64,000 nucleotides of DNA from the IMG/VR virus record IMGVR_UViG_3300035670_000145, positions 1 through 64,000 of that record. One strand, given 5' to 3'. Position numbers and translations under genes: made by a program. The notes below the pieces were generated by a model. The model had not been told where the DNA came from and did no database searches. It saw only the letters and a list, made by a program, of their open reading frames with translations. This DNA is from a virus. Shown in pieces: positions 21,024 through 29,938 of this stretch (position 1 is the stretch's first letter; each line of letters begins with the position of its first letter).

Positions 21024-22217
21024 TCAGCGCTCCTTGGAGATGGAAAGAGGAGCCTTCCAAGCATTCTGCAGGCGCTCCATGTAGGAAGCAGGAGCAGAAG
21101 CGGGAGAGGCGATGGAAGCAACGGCTTTGCGCAGCTCGTCAGTGGCAGCCGAATCAGCCCGAGGCAGTTCAGCCAGAGTGTCGAACATGGCTTGCACGTA
21201 ATCGTCGGAACGCTCCGACAGATCAAGAATGTCGCCACGGACTGCTTTAATAGCAGCCTCCATGACTTCACGGGCACTCTTGCCAGAGAAATCAAACTCA
21301 CTGTCCAGAGTGTTGCGAGCTTTGTCGATCAGCGCAACGCGCTCTTCGACCAGCGAGTCGAGATTGATTTCCTTGGCGGAGTCAAGCTCGGCACGTGCAG
21401 CTTCAAGCTCTTGCTCAAGAGCATCGGCGCGACCCTCGGCGGCATCGCACTTGCCCTTCATATCCTTTTGCATGGCATCCATTTCTTCCTTCATTTTGGA
21501 AGCTTCTGCCATCATCTCATCGTATTTCTTTTTCATCATGTCAAGATTTGCCTTGGCATCTTCGCGCTCTTTGGCGATAGATGTTGCAATGCCCTCCGAC
21601 ACTTCAAAAGAAACACCATCGAAATTGACTTGAGCAGTCATGGGTGTGTCCTCGTTATGGAGAATTAAAGACGGATCGGCGGCATCTAGACGATCTAGAT
21701 GAAGCTTCACCTGCGGGCCTGCCCGGCCCCTGCGAACCACTGCAATGTGATTACCGTCGATCATCCGCTGGATGCCGTCGTAATGTTCACCATTGTCCGC
21801 AACGCCAGGCGTGGGGTCAAATTGAACCCTGTAACCAGCGCTAACTTCCTTTGCATCGCCCCGCATGATCCGCTCAATTGCGTCCTTGTCTGTGATGGTC
21901 ATGACGGCACGGACAAAGCCGTTGTCATAAACCACTTCAGTGCCTGAAAAACCGATTTGATAGTCTTTCGTATTGGCGCTATCGAGAAGAGCAGGGGGGT
22001 GCTCGAAAGTTACAGCCTTGCCCGCAAACGAAGCGAGGCTCTCTGGTGAGCCCACTTCTTCCTCGGGACGATATTCACGCCGAACCCCACCGCCCGCATC
22101 GGTGTACATTTGTACGCCAGTGCGAGCAATAGTAGCCCAAGTGCGAAGATAACCCTCGGGGGTTAGTTCGTACTTTTCTATGGGCGCGACATCGTAACGA
22201 AAAGAAGTTTCGCTCAT
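21024..22217 (-). CDS. Prohead protease/scaffold (DUF2213-like)
   Basis: TPEGYL...ARTGVQ...EVSAGY...NHIAVVRRGRAGP plus coiled-coil C-terminus. Confidence 0.9.
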   Translation of the reverse strand: MSETSFRYDVAPIEKYELTPEGYLRTWATIARTGVQMYTDAGGGVRREYRPEEEVGSPESLASFAGKAVTFEHPPALLDSANTKDYQIGFSGTEVVYDNGFVRAVMTITDKDAIERIMRGDAKEVSAGYRVQFDPTPGVADNGEHYDGIQRMIDGNHIAVVRRGRAGPQVKLHLDRLDAADPSLILHNEDTPMTAQVNFDGVSFEVSEGIATSIAKEREDAKANLDMMKKKYDEMMAEASKMKEEMDAMQKDMKGKCDAAEGRADALEQELEAARAELDSAKEINLDSLVEERVALIDKARNTLDSEFDFSGKSAREVMEAAIKAVRGDILDLSERSDDYVQAMFDTLAELPRADSAATDELRKAVASIASPASAPASYMERLQNAWKAPLSISKER

Positions 22218-22256
22218 ATAAATAAACTAACAATCAAAAGCAATCATGTATAATAA

Positions 22257-22574
22257 GTGTTCCAGAAACGAAACACCGTGCGCCTGGTTTCCAGCAAGGT
22301 CAACGCCTTCCGAATGCCTCACCTACAGCGACGCACGCTTGTGGCCAATCGCATAAAAGAGGCTCGCCTTAATAGCGGCTTATCACAAAGAGACGTGGCA
22401 AAAGAGCTGCACATAGGAGCCGCCACTTACTGTCGAATGGAAAAAGCAATGACAGAACCTTCTGCTGTGCAATTGGCAACCCTGAGCGGTCTCTATGGTC
22501 TATCTGTACTATGGCTGCTGGGAATGCCCAGCTTTGTTGTCAATGCGGCTCAGTCTTCGTCGTCTTCGTCTTGA
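22257..22574 (+). CDS. XRE-family HTH regulator (start uncertain)
   Basis: RIKEARLNSGLSQRDVAKEL...YCRME...WLLG. Confidence 0.8.
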   Translation: MFQKRNTVRLVSSKVNAFRMPHLQRRTLVANRIKEARLNSGLSQRDVAKELHIGAATYCRMEKAMTEPSAVQLATLSGLYGLSVLWLLGMPSFVVNAAQSSSSSS

Positions 22575-22861
22575 ATGGAGCGAATTTGCTCTTCTACTCC
22601 TTCCATGACATATGCCTTGGCGATTGCCTCCGCCTCAAAAGTAAGCATCTTCACGGGCTCAAAATGCTCGTCCGGCTTTTCGTAGAAGCTTTCCACGAAA
22701 ATATGCGTTTCGTCAAGGCGACCATTCTTGAAATGTTGCCTTTCGACCAAGCGCCAATGAGAAGTGCTGCGATGCTCATGGGCCGAAAGAATGGCCAGAG
22801 CTTTCAAAACGCCAATGCCGTCTTCTTCTTCCTCTTCAATCACGCGCACATATTCGCTCAT
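22550..22861 (-). CDS. Hypothetical acidic protein
   Basis: ORF co-oriented with operon. Confidence 0.7.
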   Translation of the reverse strand: MSEYVRVIEEEEEDGIGVLKALAILSAHEHRSTSHWRLVERQHFKNGRLDETHIFVESFYEKPDEHFEPVKMLTFEAEAIAKAYVMEGVEEQIRSIQDEDDED

Positions 22862-22888
22862 TGGTCCCTTTTGCGGCTTTCCACCATC

Positions 22889-23545
22889 TTAACGGTCGGC
22901 CTTCGGGATGCACTTCCGCCCTCTCTGGTGTTGTTTCATGTTCCCCATGGTGCCCTTGATTTGAGCACCACACCTATTGCATGTTCTTGCCACTTTCCCT
23001 TTTTCCTTATTCAACCACGCATTCATTTCTTTGTTGCGAGCTTTTGCTCTTTCACTGGAAGCTGCGCGTGCTTCATCCGAAGATAATGGATGATTGCCTT
23101 CTTCTCGCCACCTTTGCTGTGTTTCTTTGGTCGCCTTTGAAATCTTTTGACGCCCTTCTTGAGAAATGGTCCAACCTTCTGCGATACGCCTTTTCATCTG
23201 TTGAGAAAGGAAAGCTCTTCCTTCTGGAGTTTTGGTCCAGTTGTGCTCGCTAAGAACACGCCTGAGCCTTTCAAATTTGCGCGAGTTCATCCGAGGATCG
23301 CGCTTGGACATGCAAAGCAATGCCGCAACCGTTCCTTGACATGGAAACATTTTGAACAAGAGGCGATGGGCAATCCAATGCTCCCTCAACGTAAGAGGAA
23401 CAATTTTCTTGTTTTCTTTCCTGTCGCTCCAAAAGCAAATAGGAAAGTAATGATGCCATTCGTATTTTTGGTTTAGGTCTAAATTGTCTTCCGCCCTTTC
23501 TTTTGCCCTTTCGATCAAGCGAACATACGCCTGCCTATAATCCAT
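22889..23545 (-). CDS. HNH-type homing endonuclease
   Basis: YEWHHYFP...LTLREHWIAHRLL; NUMOD-like basic repeats; C-terminal CxxC. Confidence 0.8.
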   Translation of the reverse strand: MDYRQAYVRLIERAKERAEDNLDLNQKYEWHHYFPICFWSDRKENKKIVPLTLREHWIAHRLLFKMFPCQGTVAALLCMSKRDPRMNSRKFERLRRVLSEHNWTKTPEGRAFLSQQMKRRIAEGWTISQEGRQKISKATKETQQRWREEGNHPLSSDEARAASSERAKARNKEMNAWLNKEKGKVARTCNRCGAQIKGTMGNMKQHQRGRKCIPKADR

Positions 23546-24101
23546 CTTGCTTCTGTCGCTCAACTCGCTCGATTATAGAGCGAGCCCACTTCTCTCCACT
23601 CTTCCCGCCCCATAGCAGCATTGATACGAATCCCGCATCATCTTCCCCTCCAGCGAAATTTTTGCGATGTCTCGAAAAGAACGCCGCCATGCGCTTGATG
23701 GTTTCATAGCTCACTGCTTCTCCATTGGCCAGGCTCGTAGCCCTTGCCACGCCGCTGCCAATGCCTTCTTTGCCGGCTTCTTGCGTGGTCAAGCCACCTT
23801 TGCCATGCTTCTTGCGAAGCTCAAGCCCGCGACGCGCTGCAGATCGCACTGACGATGGAGGGGAAAATGATTCGGCGTCTTCTTTGTCCTCTTTTTCTGT
23901 AGCCAGCTCATTCATGAAGGCCATATAGTATTCGTCGCCCATGTCCTTTTTAGGCTTGCGAGACAGGCCAGCTTCGGACAGGGCAATTGCGAGAGCCCGT
24001 TGAGCGCTTTTCACTGTTTCGCCGCTGCTGCTTTTCAGCTTGCCAGCTTGGAATTCGCGCATGACAAAAGCCACTTTGGCTTGCTTTTCTTTCGCTGTCA
24101 T
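23535..24101 (-). CDS. Two-domain basic head-module protein (N-terminal DUF6496-like)
   Basis: KVAFVMREF..GKLKSSSG...AIALSEAG plus AARRGLELR...RM..FFSRH...LWGG domain. Confidence 0.7.
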   Translation of the reverse strand: MTAKEKQAKVAFVMREFQAGKLKSSSGETVKSAQRALAIALSEAGLSRKPKKDMGDEYYMAFMNELATEKEDKEDAESFSPPSSVRSAARRGLELRKKHGKGGLTTQEAGKEGIGSGVARATSLANGEAVSYETIKRMAAFFSRHRKNFAGGEDDAGFVSMLLWGGKSGEKWARSIIERVERQKQDGL

Positions 24102-24121
24102 GGCAATGGTTTTCTTTTAGT

Positions 24122-24847
24122 TTAGGGGCCGAAGAACTGAATGGGAGCAGTTTCAATGGTCATGCCATGCCACACTTTGTCTCGATGGAGAACGAGGGCT
24201 GTCATGATGCGCTCGGCCAAGAAAGAAATGTAGCGGCAGTTATAGCCTTCAATTTGCATAATTTTCTCTTTCCCATCGTCCCATATCGGCCACATGCAAT
24301 CAAGAAGCGTTTGCATAAATTGACAGTAAAGCTGATGAGGGCCGCGAGCCATGATGTGACCATAAAAAACCTTTTGCTCAAAGGCGGCTTCTAGATTTTC
24401 CCTCGAGAGAGGCAGCTCTCCTCTGTCTGCAGCGGCCAGCGCTTGATCAATTCCATCCATTCCTTTATGCCCGCCTGCGTATTGTTCGGCCACTGAACAG
24501 TGAAAATACTCTGGTTCTGGAATATACAGCACAGACGGCGATGACGGCTCCAAGCCATCGTCTCTCCATTTACGCCTGTATTGAGCATTGCCAATGAAAT
24601 CATAAGGCGAATTATTGACAATCCAGTAAATGCCAGTCAGTTCAGACCACCATTTATTCAGTTCGGAAATACTGCGCCCTTGATTATCAAGAATCCATCC
24701 ACTATGCGCCAAGTCAATTTGATCATAAACGCTCAACTTTTCAGCTCCTAATCGCATTCGATGCATCGTTGCAAGTGTGTCATAGCGAGGCAAATTATCG
24801 CCATGACACATCACATAAAGATGGTGGTTTTTAGCCTGCGTAGACAT
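24122..24847 (-). CDS. DUF4422-like glycosyltransferase-associated protein
   Basis: ISELNKWWSELTGIYW...FIGNAQYRR...RYISFLAER. Confidence 0.75.
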   Translation of the reverse strand: MSTQAKNHHLYVMCHGDNLPRYDTLATMHRMRLGAEKLSVYDQIDLAHSGWILDNQGRSISELNKWWSELTGIYWIVNNSPYDFIGNAQYRRKWRDDGLEPSSPSVLYIPEPEYFHCSVAEQYAGGHKGMDGIDQALAAADRGELPLSRENLEAAFEQKVFYGHIMARGPHQLYCQFMQTLLDCMWPIWDDGKEKIMQIEGYNCRYISFLAERIMTALVLHRDKVWHGMTIETAPIQFFGP

Positions 24848-25541
24848 TGCGAGCGGCCCAAAGTTCGTTGTAATTATTCACTCCTTTAGCCCCTACTCCC
24901 GTTAAGTCACCACCGCCAGAAGGCTTACTCCAGGCCATGATCGTTCCATCGGGAAGAACAAATGCCCTATTCTTTTGCTCGTGCGTGGGGGTCAGCTCAA
25001 GATAGTCGCCATAGACAAAGTCCGACTGTCCCTTGTTAATTGCAAGTGCCTCTCCCAAGAGCGTGGGGCCAGTGGGACACAATGGGGTGATGCCATAGTA
25101 TTGCTCGTGGCAATTTTTGACAATCAGCCCAATGGCAGTGACCAATGCAGGATTGTTGGGCTGCGAATAAAGAACCGTCGTAGCACAGGCCCAAGAGGTG
25201 AAGCTAAACCGTTGAATGTCACGAAAAGCCAGCATCTTAATTCGTGGCCCAATCTCCACTGGATTGACCACCCTGATGGCAATGTCAAAATACCATCCGC
25301 CCAGCTTGTTCAGCAAGCAAAATCGACCCAAATCGGCTTTGTACGAATAGGGCTTGAGCGTGTCATAAGCCCAAAGCACTTCCGTGCCGTAATTGTCGGC
25401 AATAAATTGTCTCAGGCTTTCTTTGTTGTAGACGGTGTGGTTCGCGCTAGGAAACGCAGTTTTAACAGTGCCCGTGGCATGTTGGAGAAACGGCGAAAGC
25501 TCATCGCTTACGTCGCTCAGAAAGATTTGCGAGATTTCCAT
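24831..25541 (-). CDS. Glycosyltransferase, GT32/OCH1-like
   Basis: AYDTLKPYSYKADLGRFCLL...GGWYFD; PTGPTLLG. Confidence 0.8.
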   Translation of the reverse strand: MEISQIFLSDVSDELSPFLQHATGTVKTAFPSANHTVYNKESLRQFIADNYGTEVLWAYDTLKPYSYKADLGRFCLLNKLGGWYFDIAIRVVNPVEIGPRIKMLAFRDIQRFSFTSWACATTVLYSQPNNPALVTAIGLIVKNCHEQYYGITPLCPTGPTLLGEALAINKGQSDFVYGDYLELTPTHEQKNRAFVLPDGTIMAWSKPSGGGDLTGVGAKGVNNYNELWAARNVYAG

Positions 25542-25543
25542 GG

Positions 25544-26767
25544 TCAAGCGATGCGAGCGGGAGTGCCAAAACCTTTGAACTCTACAGGAGCTTCCTTTTG
25601 TTCTAGCGTTTTCTTCACGATGCCTAGCATTTGCTTTTGCACAAAAGGCCAAGTGAAGGGCTCTTGATGGATGCGTTCATGGCACCACTCTCCAGCCATT
25701 TGCAGTTCTTCCCGATTGTGGTAATAATGGTCCAAGATATTGGCCAGCTCTGAAGGAGATGGCTGTCCGCGTTCAAGGCCATAGTTCCTATCGGTTTCCC
25801 AGCTCTCAACGGGAATTCGCTTCACGCCATCGAAAATCTCTTTCAAGCTTGTGTGATCAGGCACCACTTGCGCCACGCCAGTAGCAGCGTGCTCAGTATT
25901 CACAAGCCCCCATCCCTCGCCAATGCAAGTGTTCACTCCTACGTCACAAGCGTTGTACACCTTGTTCAGTTGTTCAACGGGAAGGCAGTTATGGGTTGAA
26001 AATTGCGGACTGGTCAGAATGAGCTTGCCGGTGGCATCGTAACCCTCGTCTCTGGCCACACGCTTGAACAGCGGAACAAGCTCCCACCCCATGTCCTTGC
26101 TGCCCATATTGAGCCAAAGTCGAGCATCGGGCTTGTCCTTGGCAAATTTTATAAAGCCTTTAATTGTCAAGTCAATGCGCTTGCGCGGTTGATTCCTGTT
26201 GCCGTTGAAGACAATAAATACGTCTCCTGGCACTCCAAGCTCCTTACGGCATTCTTGCTTATCAATGGGAAAAAAATGAGAAAAATTGGTGCCGTGGCCA
26301 ACTGTGTACACATGTTTGTCGTAGCCAATTTTCTTGATTTCTTCTTTTGCAAACTGTGTGTAAGTGATGAGCGTATCCCACTTGTCAATCGCAGGAAGCA
26401 GCCCCGGAAACAATCCATAGGAATCAATGGGAGTGTAAATAGCAGTTTTGAAGCCAATGCTCTCTTTGAACGGAGCAATCTTGTCCATCAGACCAATTGC
26501 CACCCAAATATCGTTTACGACAAATACAAGGTCAGGCTTGATAATCTGCACAAGCTCTCCAATGCGATGAGAGCCGAACGGATCAGAGCCATGAGCCATG
26601 GCTGGATACATGCGGCAATGCTGCTGCATTTCGTTTGGGTCGCCATGCCAATTCACTGCCAAGGCATGCACTTCATGCTCTGCTGCCATTGCGGGAATCA
26701 AATATTCGGCCACTCGCCCGAATCCCGTTTGCACTCCAACGTCGCCGCAATAAAGAATGGTAGCCAC
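25544..26767 (-). CDS. Glycosyltransferase, GT4 (GT-B)
   Basis: TGFGRVA; NRNQPRKRID; EGWGLVNTE (Ex7E). Confidence 0.9.
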   Translation of the reverse strand: MATILYCGDVGVQTGFGRVAEYLIPAMAAEHEVHALAVNWHGDPNEMQQHCRMYPAMAHGSDPFGSHRIGELVQIIKPDLVFVVNDIWVAIGLMDKIAPFKESIGFKTAIYTPIDSYGLFPGLLPAIDKWDTLITYTQFAKEEIKKIGYDKHVYTVGHGTNFSHFFPIDKQECRKELGVPGDVFIVFNGNRNQPRKRIDLTIKGFIKFAKDKPDARLWLNMGSKDMGWELVPLFKRVARDEGYDATGKLILTSPQFSTHNCLPVEQLNKVYNACDVGVNTCIGEGWGLVNTEHAATGVAQVVPDHTSLKEIFDGVKRIPVESWETDRNYGLERGQPSPSELANILDHYYHNREELQMAGEWCHERIHQEPFTWPFVQKQMLGIVKKTLEQKEAPVEFKGFGTPARIA

Positions 26768-26836
26768 GAAAATTTTGAGACTGGCCTCATCTTAGGGACG
26801 CTTTTAGACTGTGACAAAGGCTAGGGCGGTGCGGCA

Positions 26837-27808
26837 ATGAAGGTGGCGATCATCGGAGCAGGATGGGTGGGGTGTCATTTGGCCTTAAGTTTGAGCAGCG
26901 ATTATGAAGTGGTGCTTTTCGATCCGTTTCCATTCAAGGGCGCGTCACTCCTAAATCAAAACCGCCTTCACATGGGCTATCACTATGCCCGAAACCATGC
27001 CACTAGAGAACTGTGTCAAAACACCTTTAATGCCTTCATGCGTGACTACGGTTTTCTAACGGAAACAGTGGAGAACAATCTCTATGCCGTGCCAAGCGAA
27101 GAAAGTTTACTGGATGCGAAGACAGTGGAAACCATTTTCCCTCCATTGTCATGGCACCACGAGAGAATGGAAGCTCCGTTCCTGCGTGACACTGAAATGG
27201 TTTGGCGCACACAAGAACGATATATTTGTCCCTTAAAAACTAAAGAATTTATGCTGCAGCAATTGTCCCCTGTGCTACGCCGCGAACGCATTAGCAAGGC
27301 GCAATTACCGGCCTTGCAGCGAGACTGTTCACTGATCATTGACTGTACAAACAATACCTTGCTACGTCCTCGCACTAATGAATATTTTGAAGCGGTGGCG
27401 ATGTTCATTTATGACATCGTAAAACCACTTCCGTTTGGAGCACTTACTTATATTGATGGCCCTCTCTTCTCCATTTACCCCTTCCACGGCGGCACCATTT
27501 CTTTGAGCCATGTGGTACATAGCGTCATCCATTCGTCTGTCGTACCCATTGCTTCAGATGATGTCAAGGACGACGGCGAAGCAAGGCGCCAGGCAGAGCT
27601 TCACGCTCGCCTTTACTGGCCAAGTTTTTCAGACCACCTCTCATTCTCAAAAACAGTGTATTCGACAAAGAGCAAACGCTCCAATGCAAGCGCCTACAGA
27701 GCCCCTCTGTTCAAGCAAAATGACAATGTGCTTTCGTGTTTCACTGGCAAAATTCAAGGCATCTATTTGATAGAAGCCAAGGCCCGAGAAGTGCTGGCTG
27801 GCTTGTAA
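26837..27808 (+). CDS. FAD-dependent oxidoreductase (DAO-like)
   Basis: VAIIGAGWVG; GASLLNQNRLHMGYHY; TGKI. Confidence 0.85.
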   Translation: MKVAIIGAGWVGCHLALSLSSDYEVVLFDPFPFKGASLLNQNRLHMGYHYARNHATRELCQNTFNAFMRDYGFLTETVENNLYAVPSEESLLDAKTVETIFPPLSWHHERMEAPFLRDTEMVWRTQERYICPLKTKEFMLQQLSPVLRRERISKAQLPALQRDCSLIIDCTNNTLLRPRTNEYFEAVAMFIYDIVKPLPFGALTYIDGPLFSIYPFHGGTISLSHVVHSVIHSSVVPIASDDVKDDGEARRQAELHARLYWPSFSDHLSFSKTVYSTKSKRSNASAYRAPLFKQNDNVLSCFTGKIQGIYLIEAKAREVLAGL

Positions 27809-28506
27809 AGGTGGGCGAAGTAATGATATTCTCCGGGATGATTTTTGGTTTTTAACATTTCCCTGACAACTCCGCCAGAATAGCCAGTTCCGCGCAGTGC
27901 GTCTGCAAATCGCTCGTGCTTGATTTGTTCCGTGATTGGACCAATTTTTTCATCGCTTACATGTACATGAGCGATATAGGGAAAATACTGCATCAACACT
28001 TCTTCTGGCAACTGATCTTCAAGCCAGGCGCTGTTTGTGTCAATCATTGTTTGCACGCGAGGCAGTGAATATTCGGCCAAGCTCTGAACAATTTCTTCAA
28101 CTGTAAAGAAATAGTTACCGCCATACTGCCTGGCCACTGGTTCAATGCAGATGGTACATTCCGCTTCCTCTAGCTGCTGATGACAAGCGGCAAGTCCATC
28201 CATTAGATAGCGGCAATCGCCTTGCCTTAGCCCAGGGCTGCCGAGAATCATGCGCTTCCACCCAAGAGCCTTGGCTTGGTTGATCAGCAGAGTAATGCAC
28301 TTCCGAAGGCCAGGTTCGTCCCAGAAGGCTTCAATGTCCATTCCATAGAACAATGATTGCGCCGAATATTTTTGCAAGTAGCCAGAGAAATGGCTATGCC
28401 TCTTGAAAGGCACCGCCTCCAAAAGCTCAATGCCATCAGGCAAATGCAAAACAATATCTGCATGGTCCTCGGCTTCCCAGCCAATAGCGCTAACCCCGAG
28501 CTTCAT
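27763..28506 (-). CDS. Sugar-phosphate isomerase/epimerase (TIM barrel)
   Basis: QSLF, LGSP..R, CIEP, MIDT, HVHVS, EM metal-ligand pattern. Confidence 0.8.
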   Translation of the reverse strand: MKLGVSAIGWEAEDHADIVLHLPDGIELLEAVPFKRHSHFSGYLQKYSAQSLFYGMDIEAFWDEPGLRKCITLLINQAKALGWKRMILGSPGLRQGDCRYLMDGLAACHQQLEEAECTICIEPVARQYGGNYFFTVEEIVQSLAEYSLPRVQTMIDTNSAWLEDQLPEEVLMQYFPYIAHVHVSDEKIGPITEQIKHERFADALRGTGYSGGVVREMLKTKNHPGEYHYFAHLYKPASTSRALASIK

Positions 28507-29239
28507 TGATAAATTCTCCAATCAGCGTGAGATTGTCATTACGCCCTAGCGGCCAATAACCGCTGTTTGTATGCATTGTAAAATGATTGTATTCAATTCT
28601 CTCGCCCATCGTTTTCTTTACGGAAGGAAAAAATTTGTCCATAAGTGTTTCAGTTTCAATGGGAGCGGGGAATAAATTGGCGATGCCGTGAGCCGGGCAC
28701 TTGCGCAAATCGCGCCAGAGATTGTTTAGCGGATACCACTGATAACAACTGTTGGCATTAATTTTTTCCACTTCATGATCGTTGATCAAATCAAACAAAA
28801 TGTTCTTCTTGATGAGTCGATGGTAAAGGGCGGGAAGGCGGACAACTTGCAAGGAGTTGCACCAAAGCCTTTCCTTCACAAGCCCCTCAAACAACAAGCG
28901 ATTTGATCCATAGCTTGGCTTCTTCAGCGCCGGCGTCACAATTTCATCCATGAACGCAGATTCCGGGCCGTACACGTCAATTGTCGAAATAAGCGTCACG
29001 TGATCGGCGCAAATGCTTGACAAAATATCAACAATGGAAAAGATATTTTGTAAATCAGTTAGCGGATCTTGATTAACCTTCCACTTAGAAGCGGGCAGGC
29101 AGCAAAGGACCAAATGATCTATTGGCCAGCTTTCCGTCATGATTTGATGGAAATCCTTGGACGAATAAGTGCGGTCGAAGCTAGTTTGCTCCTGCAGCGC
29201 AGAGCCGACTAGTCCAGTGCTGCCAACGAGAACCTTCAT
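28490..29239 (-). CDS. NAD-dependent epimerase/dehydratase-like protein
   Basis: LVGSTGLVG; LISTIDVY; YGSNR; VRLPALY. Confidence 0.8.
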   Translation of the reverse strand: MKVLVGSTGLVGSALQEQTSFDRTYSSKDFHQIMTESWPIDHLVLCCLPASKWKVNQDPLTDLQNIFSIVDILSSICADHVTLISTIDVYGPESAFMDEIVTPALKKPSYGSNRLLFEGLVKERLWCNSLQVVRLPALYHRLIKKNILFDLINDHEVEKINANSCYQWYPLNNLWRDLRKCPAHGIANLFPAPIETETLMDKFFPSVKKTMGERIEYNHFTMHTNSGYWPLGRNDNLTLIGEFINEARG

Positions 29240-29260
29240 GGCAAAGACGCAATAATGCCA

Positions 29261-29938
29261 CTATACAGGCACTGTTGGCGCTTGCTGTCTGTAATAACGA
29301 ACACTACAGCGGCACCTTGCCCCGCACTCGCAACGCTGGCCGGGAAGAGGAAGTGTACCAATGGACACTATTCCCTGGTCTGCATATCTGAGGCAGTCCT
29401 CGCAATGCTGGGCCTGGCTGTCCAAAATGCGTCGCATGAGACTATATCCTTGTCGCTGCTGCCGAAGTTCGGCACCCTGCCAGTAAGATCCGCGAACGCT
29501 TTGAGCATATAAGCCAATGCGAGCCAGAGCCATGGGAGCAGAAAGGCGATTGCTAAGCAAGTCGGAAACAAAACGTTGGAGATAAGCATATTCCTCGCGA
29601 AGGCGCTGACCGATGCGGCCGTATTCCGCACTGCCCATGCCGGCTCGACCACCATGGCCCACAATTGCTGCCTGAATATGAGCAGCCTTAAGCAATTCGC
29701 GGATACTCCCCTGCCACTGATCAAGCGTGATGGATCCATTGATCAACATGCGCGTAAAGCGCCGTAAACTTGCGTCCAGTTTATCAATGCGCTTGTCCAC
29801 AAGCTTTTCGATCGACGCTTTACTAAGGAACCGCCCCTTTTCGTCGCGATAACGACCGCTGTTCTGGTCATAAGACCATTCAGCGTCCATCCTGCTGGAC
29901 AGAATAGTTTCACTGAAGCTTTCGATATTATTCAGCAT
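29261..29938 (-). CDS. Head morphogenesis / minor capsid protein
   Basis: Follows portal; HCEDC...LPG..CECGARCRC. Confidence 0.75.
   Translation of the reverse strand: MLNNIESFSETILSSRMDAEWSYDQNSGRYRDEKGRFLSKASIEKLVDKRIDKLDASLRRFTRMLINGSITLDQWQGSIRELLKAAHIQAAIVGHGGRAGMGSAEYGRIGQRLREEYAYLQRFVSDLLSNRLSAPMALARIGLYAQSVRGSYWQGAELRQQRQGYSLMRRILDSQAQHCEDCLRYADQGIVSIGTLPLPGQRCECGARCRCSVRYYRQQAPTVPV

Noticed and set aside
19603-21668. Plus-strand ORFs of 312 and 407 aa
   Set aside because: Antisense to capsid, cement and scaffold genes with biased codons; no motifs.
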